Notes under the pieces: model-generated | What the model saw: the letters and a program-made list of their open reading frames with translations, nothing else | Told to the model about the DNA's origin: nothing | Database searches by the model: none | Part shown: in pieces, positions 7,801 to 16,712 of the stretch | How positions within the stretch are numbered: position 1 is the first letter of the stretch | Layout of the letters: every line of letters begins with the position of its first letter | Origin: a virus | Lineage: Duplodnaviria > Caudoviricetes | IMG/VR virus record: IMGVR_UViG_3300009124_000018 | Span: 1-53,862 of that record | Strand: one strand, 5' to 3' | DNA: 53,862 nucleotides | Made by a program: the position numbers and the translations under genes

Positions 7801-10800
7801 CATCTGCACTTCCTGCCGAAAGAACAGCGTCTTTTGCTAATGGTGGTCTGATTAACAATTATGGTATTGGTGAATTTGCCGAAGATTATGTCTGGACCTC
7901 TACTGGTGCTGATTTAGACGATAATAATGGAAGATATTGTGTTACTCCAGAATTCCCCAATGGAGTTTATGCTTACTTTATGACTGTAAGTTTGACAGAT
8001 AAAACTCAAGGATTCCCATATTTCATTGGACCATATTATGCGGGTAAAATTGACACAGGATTCAATGTTACTAAGTTTGTTGATGTTGAGTCACTCTCTA
8101 ATGTAAGAAGGTACAATAATGCAGATTCTACTTCTGCAACTAAACCAATCGATACTGGGTTCTTTAAAATTTCAAGAACACCGTCTTCAGTTGATGCTGG
8201 ATTAGATGCAATTAAGATCGTAACACCAGGAACTCAATATCAAGTTGGAGATGTTGTTAAGTTTGATAATACTGGGACTGGAGGAGATGGCGCTGCAGCA
8301 TTTGTTAGTGTTTTGCGAGGTGCTAATGTTTCATCCGTAACAAAAGCAACATATGACTATTTGGAATATGTTGAGGATCGTGGAACGTTCTCTGTAGGCG
8401 ATATTATTAAAACTGCAAGAGGGTTTAGTGCAGAGATTCACTCTATTGACCCAAATAATAGAAGATTTTATCTTACCAGTGTCGTTGGTTCTATTCCAGT
8501 AGAGGGAGAGCAGTTTTATAACGAATCTCTCACTACAAATGCTGCATTAGTTACAGAAACTGCAGGTGAAGATATTTCAACACCGATGATTGCCCAACAA
8601 CCAGTAACTTCACTATTGAATGAATCTGGTGGTATTAGTTCTACAACTTCTTATTTTGGAATTGATACTTTTAATGGTGGTTCAGGAAATATTTCAGATT
8701 ACACTCCAGGTGCAAATGGTAACAAATATATCAAGATTGATAATGAAATCATGAGGGTTGTTAGCACTGTAGGTGCTAATAAGTTAATTGTCGATAGAGG
8801 ATTTAATAGTAGTGCTGTTCCTCATGATGAGGATGCCCAAATTACTAGATTAGATGAACTTGCAGTATTTGATAGTTCATTATTCTCTGTTGGTGACGTT
8901 ATTCAGGTCGATAGCGAGAAGATGAGAATTGTTGATATTTTAGTACAGAAATCAACAACTGATGATGTAGTAGCAACCAAAATTGTAGACAGCAGCGGAA
9001 CCAACGGCAGCACTCAATATTATCTTTATTATAATACCGAAATTCAAACTAATACTACGGTATCTGATGTATTCACTATTACTGATGGTGCCATTACCGA
9101 TATTATAGTTGATGAAACCGCAGGTAGTGAGTTATTCTTCAATAATCCAACAGTAAGTGTTTCTACCAATAATACTCTTCTAAATGGAGAAGTTCAAGAT
9201 ATTGTTAGTGGAACAAATATTGTAGCTACAACTTATAATCACATTTTAATCGTTGAAAGAGGATTATTCGCAACTGTTCTTGCAGATCACACTCCAAGAA
9301 CAGAAGTTCAAGGATTAATTTTCAGCAACGCACTAACCTCCAAATATGAAGAAGATAGGATTGTAAGTAAGTTTAATGCTGGAACAAATGGATTAGTTTT
9401 AGATGATTCTGTTACAGTATACGCCAGTTCTAAAATCTCTAAGATTTTTGACGTTAATATGAAGAGTGGAGTTTCTAATGGAACTGCAATTGCAAGATTA
9501 TTTGATTTAGATGCTACTAATCCAAATACTTTGTTCTCTACTTCATATCCAAATGGTTTAGTATTCTATGAGGGATCTACATATAGATTTGACATTGATT
9601 ATACCGCTGCAGGAACTCAACCAGTAGCAATCTCATTCTACAGTGGAGAATCTGACGCATCTCAAAGAAAAGAGTACTTTGATATTAATATTAAAAGAAC
9701 TTTTGGATCTTCTGGAGTAACATTAAACAAATTAACTAGTTTTAGTATCTTGCCTGATGATTCAGATTTGACTAAGGTCATCATGGAAGTTAGAAACTTG
9801 ACTAATAATGCGGTTGTAGAAATCCCAATTACTATCAAACCAGAACCAATTAATGGAACTTATGATGTAATTAACTCATCTTCAAGTTTCTTTGAAGTTT
9901 ATAGTGAAACTGACCCAGATCCAGATAGCGAATTATTTGGAAACTACAATTTAAACACTATAAGATATACTACTACTTCAAAAAATGCAAGTGGTCCAAT
10001 TGCTGTAGTTACATTAACTTCTAATGGATTTAACTATAATACACTTCCAAATATCAATAGTATTGTAACTGATAATGGAACTGGTGCGATTTTGGAGGCA
10101 CTATCATATAGTGTTGGTTCTATTGAAGCAGTAGAATCTGTAAACTCTGGGTATGGTTATAATCCAGACCCAACTCAAAGACCAACATTAAATTTCCCAA
10201 CCATTACCAGATTAAAGAATAACTTTAAGGTAACTGATACTGTAATTACTAATGGTGGAGCAGGTTATCTGTTTACTCCTAGAATTACAGTTTCTGGTGG
10301 AGGTCTTAGTGCTGGAAGTACAGATCATGCAAGATTCTCTGCAACAATTGCTAATGAACTTATCTCAGAAGTTTCTATTGATTATCCTGGATACAAATAT
10401 TCTTCAGCACCAACAATAAGCATTGAAAAATACTATTATATTAGTGCTATTTCTGGAACTGATATCCTGTTTAATATCAACTTTAAACAATACTTTATTG
10501 AAGGTGATGCATTTAAGGTAAGAGCATATTATTTCAATACTCAAGATGATGAGTCAAACGGAATCTATTCATATATTGAAAGTACTACCTTCTATGCATA
10601 TCTTGGAAATGTTTCACTTAAGGGAAGAGCGTCTGGAGGTTTAGTCGATCTTCAAATCCTTGACGATCAGTATTGGTTGAGATCTGATGGAACTCCTGGT
10701 GCAATTTCTGATATTGCTGCAAAGAATGGTATCTATTATGAATCTATTGTACTTGCAAGGACTGCTTCAGTGACTGCAATTATTAAAAAATCTCCATTTG

Positions 10801-13800
10801 CTCCAGCGGAAAAAGTTATAATTCAAAGAAATGATGTCAGTAATAATTTAGTTCCAGTTGGATTTGGATACGTAGCAGCAATTAAAGGATGGCAACCAAA
10901 TAACTCGGTTCTTCGCATTGAAAATCCAAATGTAAGTGTTGAATTAAATGATATTGTATATGGTGTCAATACAAAGTCCGTTGGTACTGTTGATGAATTG
11001 TTTATCGTTAAAACTAGTGCCGAACTTGGTGCTGTGGTTCAAACTCCAAAGCAATTCTTAACCACAGATTCATTCTTAGGTGCAAACGCATTAAAAATTC
11101 AAGATAGTAAGAAATATCAAAAATTTGCATATGAAGTTACCGTTGGGGTTCCATCTGATCAATGGAGAACCAACTATGAGAATTCCTTGCATCCAGCTGG
11201 ACATAAACTATTCTCTAAAACTGAAGTACTTGGATCTAATCTGGGACAAATCACAAAATTAAACAGTTCCATTGCTTCTGTTGGCACTACTGCAGCAGAA
11301 GAAGTAAGCACTAGAAAGAAATATAATTATCTCGTAACTAAAAATAATGGATTTGATAGAGTAAATGTTGCAAATAAACTTCTCACTGACGTATTGAATA
11401 TCAAGACATCTATTGTTGGTGTATTTGAAGATATCTCTGATCAATTTGATGGTGTTCAAACACTATTTGAGTTAAAAGTTGTTGACCCAATTACTCCTGT
11501 AGAAAATGGTCAGACGAACTATATTAGTGGTTATGAACCAGATCAAATGGTTGTAATGTTGGACAATATCATTCAAACTTACGGTACTTCATGGGAATTG
11601 ATTGATGCTGATAAAGTTATCAAATTCGACTCTCAGAGAAATGCTGGAGAAGTAATGCCAGATGGCATTAAGATGTCTTACAGACAGTTTAACGACAATA
11701 GTGTAATCTATTCTTTCAATACTACAGTAACTGGTGCTACAGACACATTTACACTGATTGATAACGATAGTAATTTATTCCCCACTGGAATTTTTGCTAG
11801 TATTGATGAGAATAATTGGATTGTTTTTGTTGATGGTATTCTTCAAGAGAATGCATCATTTACATTACAATTGGATGGAGGAACTACTCCACAAATTACG
11901 TTTGCAACAACATTACCAGTAGATAGTCAAATATCAGTTAGATACTCACAAAATTTTACAAAGAACGAATTTACAAGTGGAAGTGTAACTACAGGAACTC
12001 CCGTAGTTCTTGCAAATAAACCAACTGTTGCATCTAAGCATGATTATTTTGTTTTTGTAGAAGGTGTCTTATTAGAAACTGATGATTATGAGTTAAATTC
12101 AAGTTTTGATATTATCTTTAATTATGACTTTACATATGACTCACTTCAAGTGGTTGTTGATTCTCAAGGTGTGTCATTAAATGAGTTGTCTCATTTATTA
12201 TCAACCACTAAGTACGATTATAAGATTGAAGACGGTCAATTGGAAATTCCAACTGGATATACCATTAAACCTGAACAATATCTTGTTGATATCTCTGGTG
12301 TTGTTCAAACTCCATATGTTGTTTATAATACCAGCACTAGTGGTATTAGAAAAATTAGATTCTTTGAAGCTCCTGAAAGATATATCTTCTCTAATGTTTT
12401 AGGGGATAGATCTGAAATTGGAAGACAATTTATCGGTCTTCTTTATACTAGAAATGATCCAACAGGAATTTCTACAACACCAAACTATCAATTTGAAGAT
12501 GTCAGTCAAAATCTACTTCACGTTGCTTCAAATCCAGAGAATTTTGTAGTTGGTGATTATATTACTACCTCAACATCCTCTGCTGTTATTGCAGATAAGG
12601 TCACGACAACATCTAGATTATTAGTTTCCAACGGAATTACTAACACTGCAGTTGCTGCAGGTAGCACTTTTGATATCACAGTTACTAGTGCAACAAGAGC
12701 ATTTGTTGGTGATTTAGTTAAATTTAATGCTGCATTTGGCATGACAAGTAATGCAAGTGATGAATTACAGATTAGTGCAGTCAATTATACTACAAATGTA
12801 ATTACAATTGAAAATATCAGCACTTCAACTCTAACAATTAATATTAACATTAATGCTTCTATTGACTTTATTCATTATGAGTTACTTCTTAATCAAATTG
12901 AAACAACTGCTTCAGATAGAGATGATGCTTTCCAAAATGGCGATCTGCCATTGAGTGGTATTATTTCATCCCCAAAAACTGGAGCAGTCACTACATTAGA
13001 TGAACCATATGGTGTATTGGAAACTGATACTGAAATTACTGTAACTGATGGATCAATATTTGCTCAAAATGATTATGCTGTAATTGATGATGTTGAAGTT
13101 GTTAAAATTACAAATATTGCTACAAATGTTTTGACTGTCGAGCGTGGTGCTTTAACTACACTTATCAAAACTCATGGAGACAATAGATCTATTGAAAAGA
13201 TAACTCCTTATGATTTAGAAGTTGTATCATTTAGACGTGGATTTGATGGGCAAAAAACAACCTTTGAATTGAAAGAGAATAAAACAAACATTAATATTGG
13301 ATCTGATAAAGATATTTTTGTTATTATCAATGGTATTCTTCAGAAAAAAGGTGCTGATGAATCTTATTTGATTAATTTAGTCGATCCAGATGGAACTCCA
13401 GATAGTGGTGATGAATATTCAGTCCTTGAATTCGGTGAAGCACCTCCAGAAAATGCTCCATTCAATGCTTTCTATCTTGGAGAACTTCAAAAAATCAAGG
13501 ATATGTCCCCATTGTTTAATGGATCTGATAGGGCATTTAATTTGATTAATCCTACAAATGATGAGGTATTCAGTTTGATTGCTAAATCACGTTCTGGAGC
13601 AAATATTTCTGCTAACTTAATCATATTCATTGACGGATCTTTACAGATTCCTTCCACACAAGAGGCAGGAAGAGTTGCTGCATATCCACAAAGTTTAGTA
13701 TCTTACAAGTTATTTGGTAGTGTTGTTGAATTTACATCTCCACCAAAAGAAGGATCTGATTTTGAAGGTTACATTTATGTTGGTTCTGATGAAGATTATG

Positions 13801-15179
13801 AAGTAATTGACGTAGATCCTTCTGTAGAAAGAGGTGATGTAATTGAACAAGATAATGAGAGAGCACCTAGAAACGTAAACTTAGTATTAAGTTCAGATCT
13901 ATTATCAGTTGGATCTTCATTTGGAAAAGTCAATCCTAATGCTAATGTAGGTTTTGTACTTAATGATGGAGATACTGGTTGGAATTTAACCAACTTATAT
14001 CAATCCCAAGACATTAGAGAATCTTTACGTGTAAGAAGAACGTTAAAATCTCCTATTTTAAGTGTTAATGGAAATTCTTTCCCATTAACTGGTAAAACAA
14101 GATATACTCTGCCAGTTTCAAGTATTGTTCTTCAAAATATTTCAGATTCTCTCCCAACTGAAACTGATGCAAATTCATTCTCTATTATTAATCTTGCTGC
14201 TAATTCTTCTTTCCCAGCAAGGCATTTGAACACTACCTACTCAAACTTTGCAGCAAGAAGTAGTTTACAAACAACTACATATAGTTTTGACTCATCGACT
14301 AATATTAGTGGAACTTCAGTTTATCTTGCTGATGATACTGATTCATTTGAATCACATTCATTGACTAGTGGATCTACTGTAGTTTATGATAATAATGGAA
14401 ATAGTGATCTTACTGGTTTAACAAATGGTGAAACTTATTATGTTTCTAAAAATAATCAATGGTCAGTTATTTTATATCCAACTTTAGCTGATTATATTGC
14501 GTCTACCAATGCCATTTCAGTCACTGCGATTGGAGGTTCGGAGACACATAACTTGATCGGTGCTGACGTAGATTTAATATCTAATGCTCTAGTTGGATAT
14601 GATCTACCATTCAATCAGATTATTCAATTAGATGCAAGTGCTGCTAATGAAACATTCCAAACACTCAATGAGGTTGAATTTGAAAAAGTTGGTAGTTTGA
14701 TTATTGTTGATCCAGGCACCAATTTCCCCAATGGAACAACTAATAACGTTCAAGTGCAAGCAAAAGACCAAAATGGTAATGTAACTAATAATAGTGCTAC
14801 AGCAAATGTAACTGTAACTTTTGGTGTTGTATCTGACGTTGAAGTTGTAAATCAGGGTAGTGGATATCTAGATGCTCAAGAAGTATTCCTAAATGGATTT
14901 ACAGGAGTCAAACTACAGGTTTCTGTGATAAATCCAACGATTACTTATGATACTGATAAAACTGCTACTGTAATCAATTACACTGCAGGAGAAACTGTTG
15001 ATGGTAGTGCGTCAACTGTAAGGTATCTTTATGTTCAACTTAATGATTCAGCAAATCCAATTACAACAAGTACCCCAATCACTACTAGCAGAGGTATTAC
15101 ACATAATGTTACCGATGATGATTTAATTAATGCATACCAACAAATTAATGTTGGTGATGAATTTGAATATAATTTCTAG
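4854..15179 (+). CDS. gp7: Expanded baseplate wedge initiator gp7-like protein, 3441 aa
   Basis: Lies between gp6 and gp8. N-terminal F..EYY...IKDFYLSKGT..S..F.FK.LF and internal IQDSKKYQKFAY...LHPAGHKLF motifs. Many inserted repeats and a YHYH-like domain. Confidence 0.85.
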   Translation: MFNDYKVSSSVESQVSTFTATQYPKLIEFLQEYYSYMETNGSPLNILYGIQDLLDTDTYDDVTPYAILALPLTATSTTVRVYQHAEFPLNDGLIKISDEVILYKRRQHIEENGVKYTEFTDCVRGYSFNDLSIEGELTPNVSTSPRDHFAGKNVWNQSFLYFGYFLEKIRSQYLTEFPANILQENFENLNVNTVSKRIKDFYLSKGTPSSISFYFKFLFQKEASIINFKDYLMAPSNAIYQNKSIVRLETLDNYPLGELVNKGAILLQGDFEFPVQTVENIFSFASQVFEVEISNSNNIVPTKFTKVTARPITENGIVYLYVDSTYGFDREGAIRIRDSVYTYYNKGFNYFIFDESENPTLSTDVVGQYAYDIDTLATVKERDGTVRNDSYFLIYAGVSDFTVDNNSTFYQEGDLGFVSNVVDENSPLVTTWTFNDLLPVRLNQNLIAGINTIYTDEESVYVYTTGLPWYELNSTILNSNDLTVTDARLVTKFPRQFEKTYEDNKISTEPNERVGLLRDGTYIKNWKSDERVIRGRLESVSIVDGGDNYNVNNPPVLEFEAPLVNSIGTFTHTAGTSIASQANTSYEVSVTNLSESVTGFRITRGASGEISDVSILEQFTGSGYTVGDTFAIQGSDIGGQSPADNITITVTSTWSGTQATGELIINGSVKELYLIDGGSTYLNDNTVITIIKDPTDTVFTGDSFRDAVLKPVVVDGQITKVRIIDPGTGYTKQPTVLITPQLPNAIAAKIGLFVGGPIHNVNITNRGSNYRKNPEYQIKKGEGASGLLNIENGIITTASVITGGADYNSRPIVNIIDDSDNPGVGGQIIPTWDSVSKQIQDLIVVNGGLNYDDTSVSILIEESGSGAILLPEATYWTKVNNTNPLLSQYFDINTGGFYGTIKTITDSGSTINYSVLGAPKQLQILNRENRTRSTVNFTNSAQHSPIIGWALDGAPIYGPYGYSNPLQVSAIKKMASGWKKLTTSALPAERTASFANGGLINNYGIGEFAEDYVWTSTGADLDDNNGRYCVTPEFPNGVYAYFMTVSLTDKTQGFPYFIGPYYAGKIDTGFNVTKFVDVESLSNVRRYNNADSTSATKPIDTGFFKISRTPSSVDAGLDAIKIVTPGTQYQVGDVVKFDNTGTGGDGAAAFVSVLRGANVSSVTKATYDYLEYVEDRGTFSVGDIIKTARGFSAEIHSIDPNNRRFYLTSVVGSIPVEGEQFYNESLTTNAALVTETAGEDISTPMIAQQPVTSLLNESGGISSTTSYFGIDTFNGGSGNISDYTPGANGNKYIKIDNEIMRVVSTVGANKLIVDRGFNSSAVPHDEDAQITRLDELAVFDSSLFSVGDVIQVDSEKMRIVDILVQKSTTDDVVATKIVDSSGTNGSTQYYLYYNTEIQTNTTVSDVFTITDGAITDIIVDETAGSELFFNNPTVSVSTNNTLLNGEVQDIVSGTNIVATTYNHILIVERGLFATVLADHTPRTEVQGLIFSNALTSKYEEDRIVSKFNAGTNGLVLDDSVTVYASSKISKIFDVNMKSGVSNGTAIARLFDLDATNPNTLFSTSYPNGLVFYEGSTYRFDIDYTAAGTQPVAISFYSGESDASQRKEYFDINIKRTFGSSGVTLNKLTSFSILPDDSDLTKVIMEVRNLTNNAVVEIPITIKPEPINGTYDVINSSSSFFEVYSETDPDPDSELFGNYNLNTIRYTTTSKNASGPIAVVTLTSNGFNYNTLPNINSIVTDNGTGAILEALSYSVGSIEAVESVNSGYGYNPDPTQRPTLNFPTITRLKNNFKVTDTVITNGGAGYLFTPRITVSGGGLSAGSTDHARFSATIANELISEVSIDYPGYKYSSAPTISIEKYYYISAISGTDILFNINFKQYFIEGDAFKVRAYYFNTQDDESNGIYSYIESTTFYAYLGNVSLKGRASGGLVDLQILDDQYWLRSDGTPGAISDIAAKNGIYYESIVLARTASVTAIIKKSPFAPAEKVIIQRNDVSNNLVPVGFGYVAAIKGWQPNNSVLRIENPNVSVELNDIVYGVNTKSVGTVDELFIVKTSAELGAVVQTPKQFLTTDSFLGANALKIQDSKKYQKFAYEVTVGVPSDQWRTNYENSLHPAGHKLFSKTEVLGSNLGQITKLNSSIASVGTTAAEEVSTRKKYNYLVTKNNGFDRVNVANKLLTDVLNIKTSIVGVFEDISDQFDGVQTLFELKVVDPITPVENGQTNYISGYEPDQMVVMLDNIIQTYGTSWELIDADKVIKFDSQRNAGEVMPDGIKMSYRQFNDNSVIYSFNTTVTGATDTFTLIDNDSNLFPTGIFASIDENNWIVFVDGILQENASFTLQLDGGTTPQITFATTLPVDSQISVRYSQNFTKNEFTSGSVTTGTPVVLANKPTVASKHDYFVFVEGVLLETDDYELNSSFDIIFNYDFTYDSLQVVVDSQGVSLNELSHLLSTTKYDYKIEDGQLEIPTGYTIKPEQYLVDISGVVQTPYVVYNTSTSGIRKIRFFEAPERYIFSNVLGDRSEIGRQFIGLLYTRNDPTGISTTPNYQFEDVSQNLLHVASNPENFVVGDYITTSTSSAVIADKVTTTSRLLVSNGITNTAVAAGSTFDITVTSATRAFVGDLVKFNAAFGMTSNASDELQISAVNYTTNVITIENISTSTLTINININASIDFIHYELLLNQIETTASDRDDAFQNGDLPLSGIISSPKTGAVTTLDEPYGVLETDTEITVTDGSIFAQNDYAVIDDVEVVKITNIATNVLTVERGALTTLIKTHGDNRSIEKITPYDLEVVSFRRGFDGQKTTFELKENKTNINIGSDKDIFVIINGILQKKGADESYLINLVDPDGTPDSGDEYSVLEFGEAPPENAPFNAFYLGELQKIKDMSPLFNGSDRAFNLINPTNDEVFSLIAKSRSGANISANLIIFIDGSLQIPSTQEAGRVAAYPQSLVSYKLFGSVVEFTSPPKEGSDFEGYIYVGSDEDYEVIDVDPSVERGDVIEQDNERAPRNVNLVLSSDLLSVGSSFGKVNPNANVGFVLNDGDTGWNLTNLYQSQDIRESLRVRRTLKSPILSVNGNSFPLTGKTRYTLPVSSIVLQNISDSLPTETDANSFSIINLAANSSFPARHLNTTYSNFAARSSLQTTTYSFDSSTNISGTSVYLADDTDSFESHSLTSGSTVVYDNNGNSDLTGLTNGETYYVSKNNQWSVILYPTLADYIASTNAISVTAIGGSETHNLIGADVDLISNALVGYDLPFNQIIQLDASAANETFQTLNEVEFEKVGSLIIVDPGTNFPNGTTNNVQVQAKDQNGNVTNNSATANVTVTFGVVSDVEVVNQGSGYLDAQEVFLNGFTGVKLQVSVINPTITYDTDKTATVINYTAGETVDGSASTVRYLYVQLNDSANPITTSTPITTSRGITHNVTDDDLINAYQQINVGDEFEYNF

Positions 15180-15182
15180 TCC

Positions 15183-15190
15183 TATAAATA
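15183..15190 (+). promoter_or_regulatory. T4-type late promoter TATAAATA
   Basis: Exact consensus, 21 nt before the gp8 start. Confidence 0.85.
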
Positions 15191-15211
15191 AAAAGAAAAC
15201 GTTTCTAAGAA

Positions 15212-16708
15212 ATGGCAGCTATATTAACTGATAAATTTAGAGTACTACTTGCCCAACGTTTTAGGGAAAGAGTATTCGCAGATGAAACGGATAGCAATGC
15301 AAACACCACTGGTTTGTGGTTGTTTTTTGCTAGACCCAGAGGTTGGACGGATCCTTCAACTGGCAATGCCACTAGTGTTCCAAATTCCCCAATTGATAAC
15401 CAAGAAAAGGAATTTGACATTTATGATCAAATGATTGGATTGAAAAAGATCCCTTCATCAGAAATTAGACCTGTTATTAGAAACAATAAGTGGTTGAGTG
15501 GAAACGTTTACGATTATTATCGTCATGATTTTGGATCTATCCAAAGTGCCACAAGTGGTCAAATTTCATATATTAAAGGATTTTCTAACGAAGTAAAACT
15601 CTACGAAACTAATTTCTACGTAGTAACTTCAGAGTATAAGGTTTATAAGTGTATTGATAACAATAATAATTCAGCATCTACAGTAGAACCATCATCTACA
15701 TCACAATCTCCATTTATCCTTTCTGATGGTTATACATGGAAGTACATGTTTACTATTAATGCTAATGACTTTGAAAAGTTTAAGAGTGATGAATATATCC
15801 CTATCCCTTCTACAGTTCAAACATCTAATAGTATTGATGCCTCTTCAAATTATGGAGGAGCAATTTACAAAGTAGATATTAATCTCGATTCAAATAGAGA
15901 TCGAGTAATTGGTAGTGGATATATTATTGGAAATACTTTTAATATTGTAGGTGATGGGCAAAATGCTCAAGTTAGAGTTATTGCAACGAATGAGAATGGT
16001 GGTATTACCAAGTTGAAAGTAATTAATCCAGGATCTGGTTATACTTATGGTCAGATTGATACTACAAAGGTTGTAGATACTCAGGGTAACGTTACTACTG
16101 GCACTGGAACAGGTGCATCACTTAAACCCATCATTTCCCAGAAAGAAGGAATTGCAGTAGATTTTGCAAAAGAACTAGGTGCTAATAAAGTATTACTTCA
16201 TACAAAATTAGAACCAGATGATTTTGTATTCAAAAATGATTTTACTGTAGTAGGATTGTTACTCAATCCTACATTTACTAATTCTAATATCACCAGTACT
16301 GCCATTGGTACTCATGTAATGAATTTGTCTGCAGATCTGAGTTCATACAATTCACCTGAAGATTTTGAAGATGTTCAGGTCAGAACAACCTCAGGAACTG
16401 CTCCATATGCCACTGGAACAGTTGTTCACTATGAAACTGATGGTTCTACAGTATTTAAGTTGTATTTCTCACAAGAGAACATTGAAAATTATGGTATTGA
16501 CAGCGATGGTGTTAGAACTGCATTTGATTTAGGAGATACTATTCAAGTTGGCACTTCCTCAACGGGAACTGTCAGTTCTAGCACAGGATCTGTAATTTCT
16601 CCAGAAGTCGTAAGGGGTTCTGGAGATATCATCTACATAGATAATAGGAATGCAATTTCCAGAGCAGAAGATCAGACCGAAGATTTCAAAATTATTTTAG
16701 AGTTCTAA
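15212..16708 (+). CDS. gp8: Baseplate wedge subunit gp8
   Basis: MAAILTDKFR, YD.YRHD, FYVVTSEYKVYKCIDN, DGYTWKYMF, and C-terminal SGDIIYIDNR..I.RA.DQTED.KIILEF. Confidence 0.95.
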   Translation: MAAILTDKFRVLLAQRFRERVFADETDSNANTTGLWLFFARPRGWTDPSTGNATSVPNSPIDNQEKEFDIYDQMIGLKKIPSSEIRPVIRNNKWLSGNVYDYYRHDFGSIQSATSGQISYIKGFSNEVKLYETNFYVVTSEYKVYKCIDNNNNSASTVEPSSTSQSPFILSDGYTWKYMFTINANDFEKFKSDEYIPIPSTVQTSNSIDASSNYGGAIYKVDINLDSNRDRVIGSGYIIGNTFNIVGDGQNAQVRVIATNENGGITKLKVINPGSGYTYGQIDTTKVVDTQGNVTTGTGTGASLKPIISQKEGIAVDFAKELGANKVLLHTKLEPDDFVFKNDFTVVGLLLNPTFTNSNITSTAIGTHVMNLSADLSSYNSPEDFEDVQVRTTSGTAPYATGTVVHYETDGSTVFKLYFSQENIENYGIDSDGVRTAFDLGDTIQVGTSSTGTVSSSTGSVISPEVVRGSGDIIYIDNRNAISRAEDQTEDFKIILEF

Positions 16709-16712
16709 AGAG

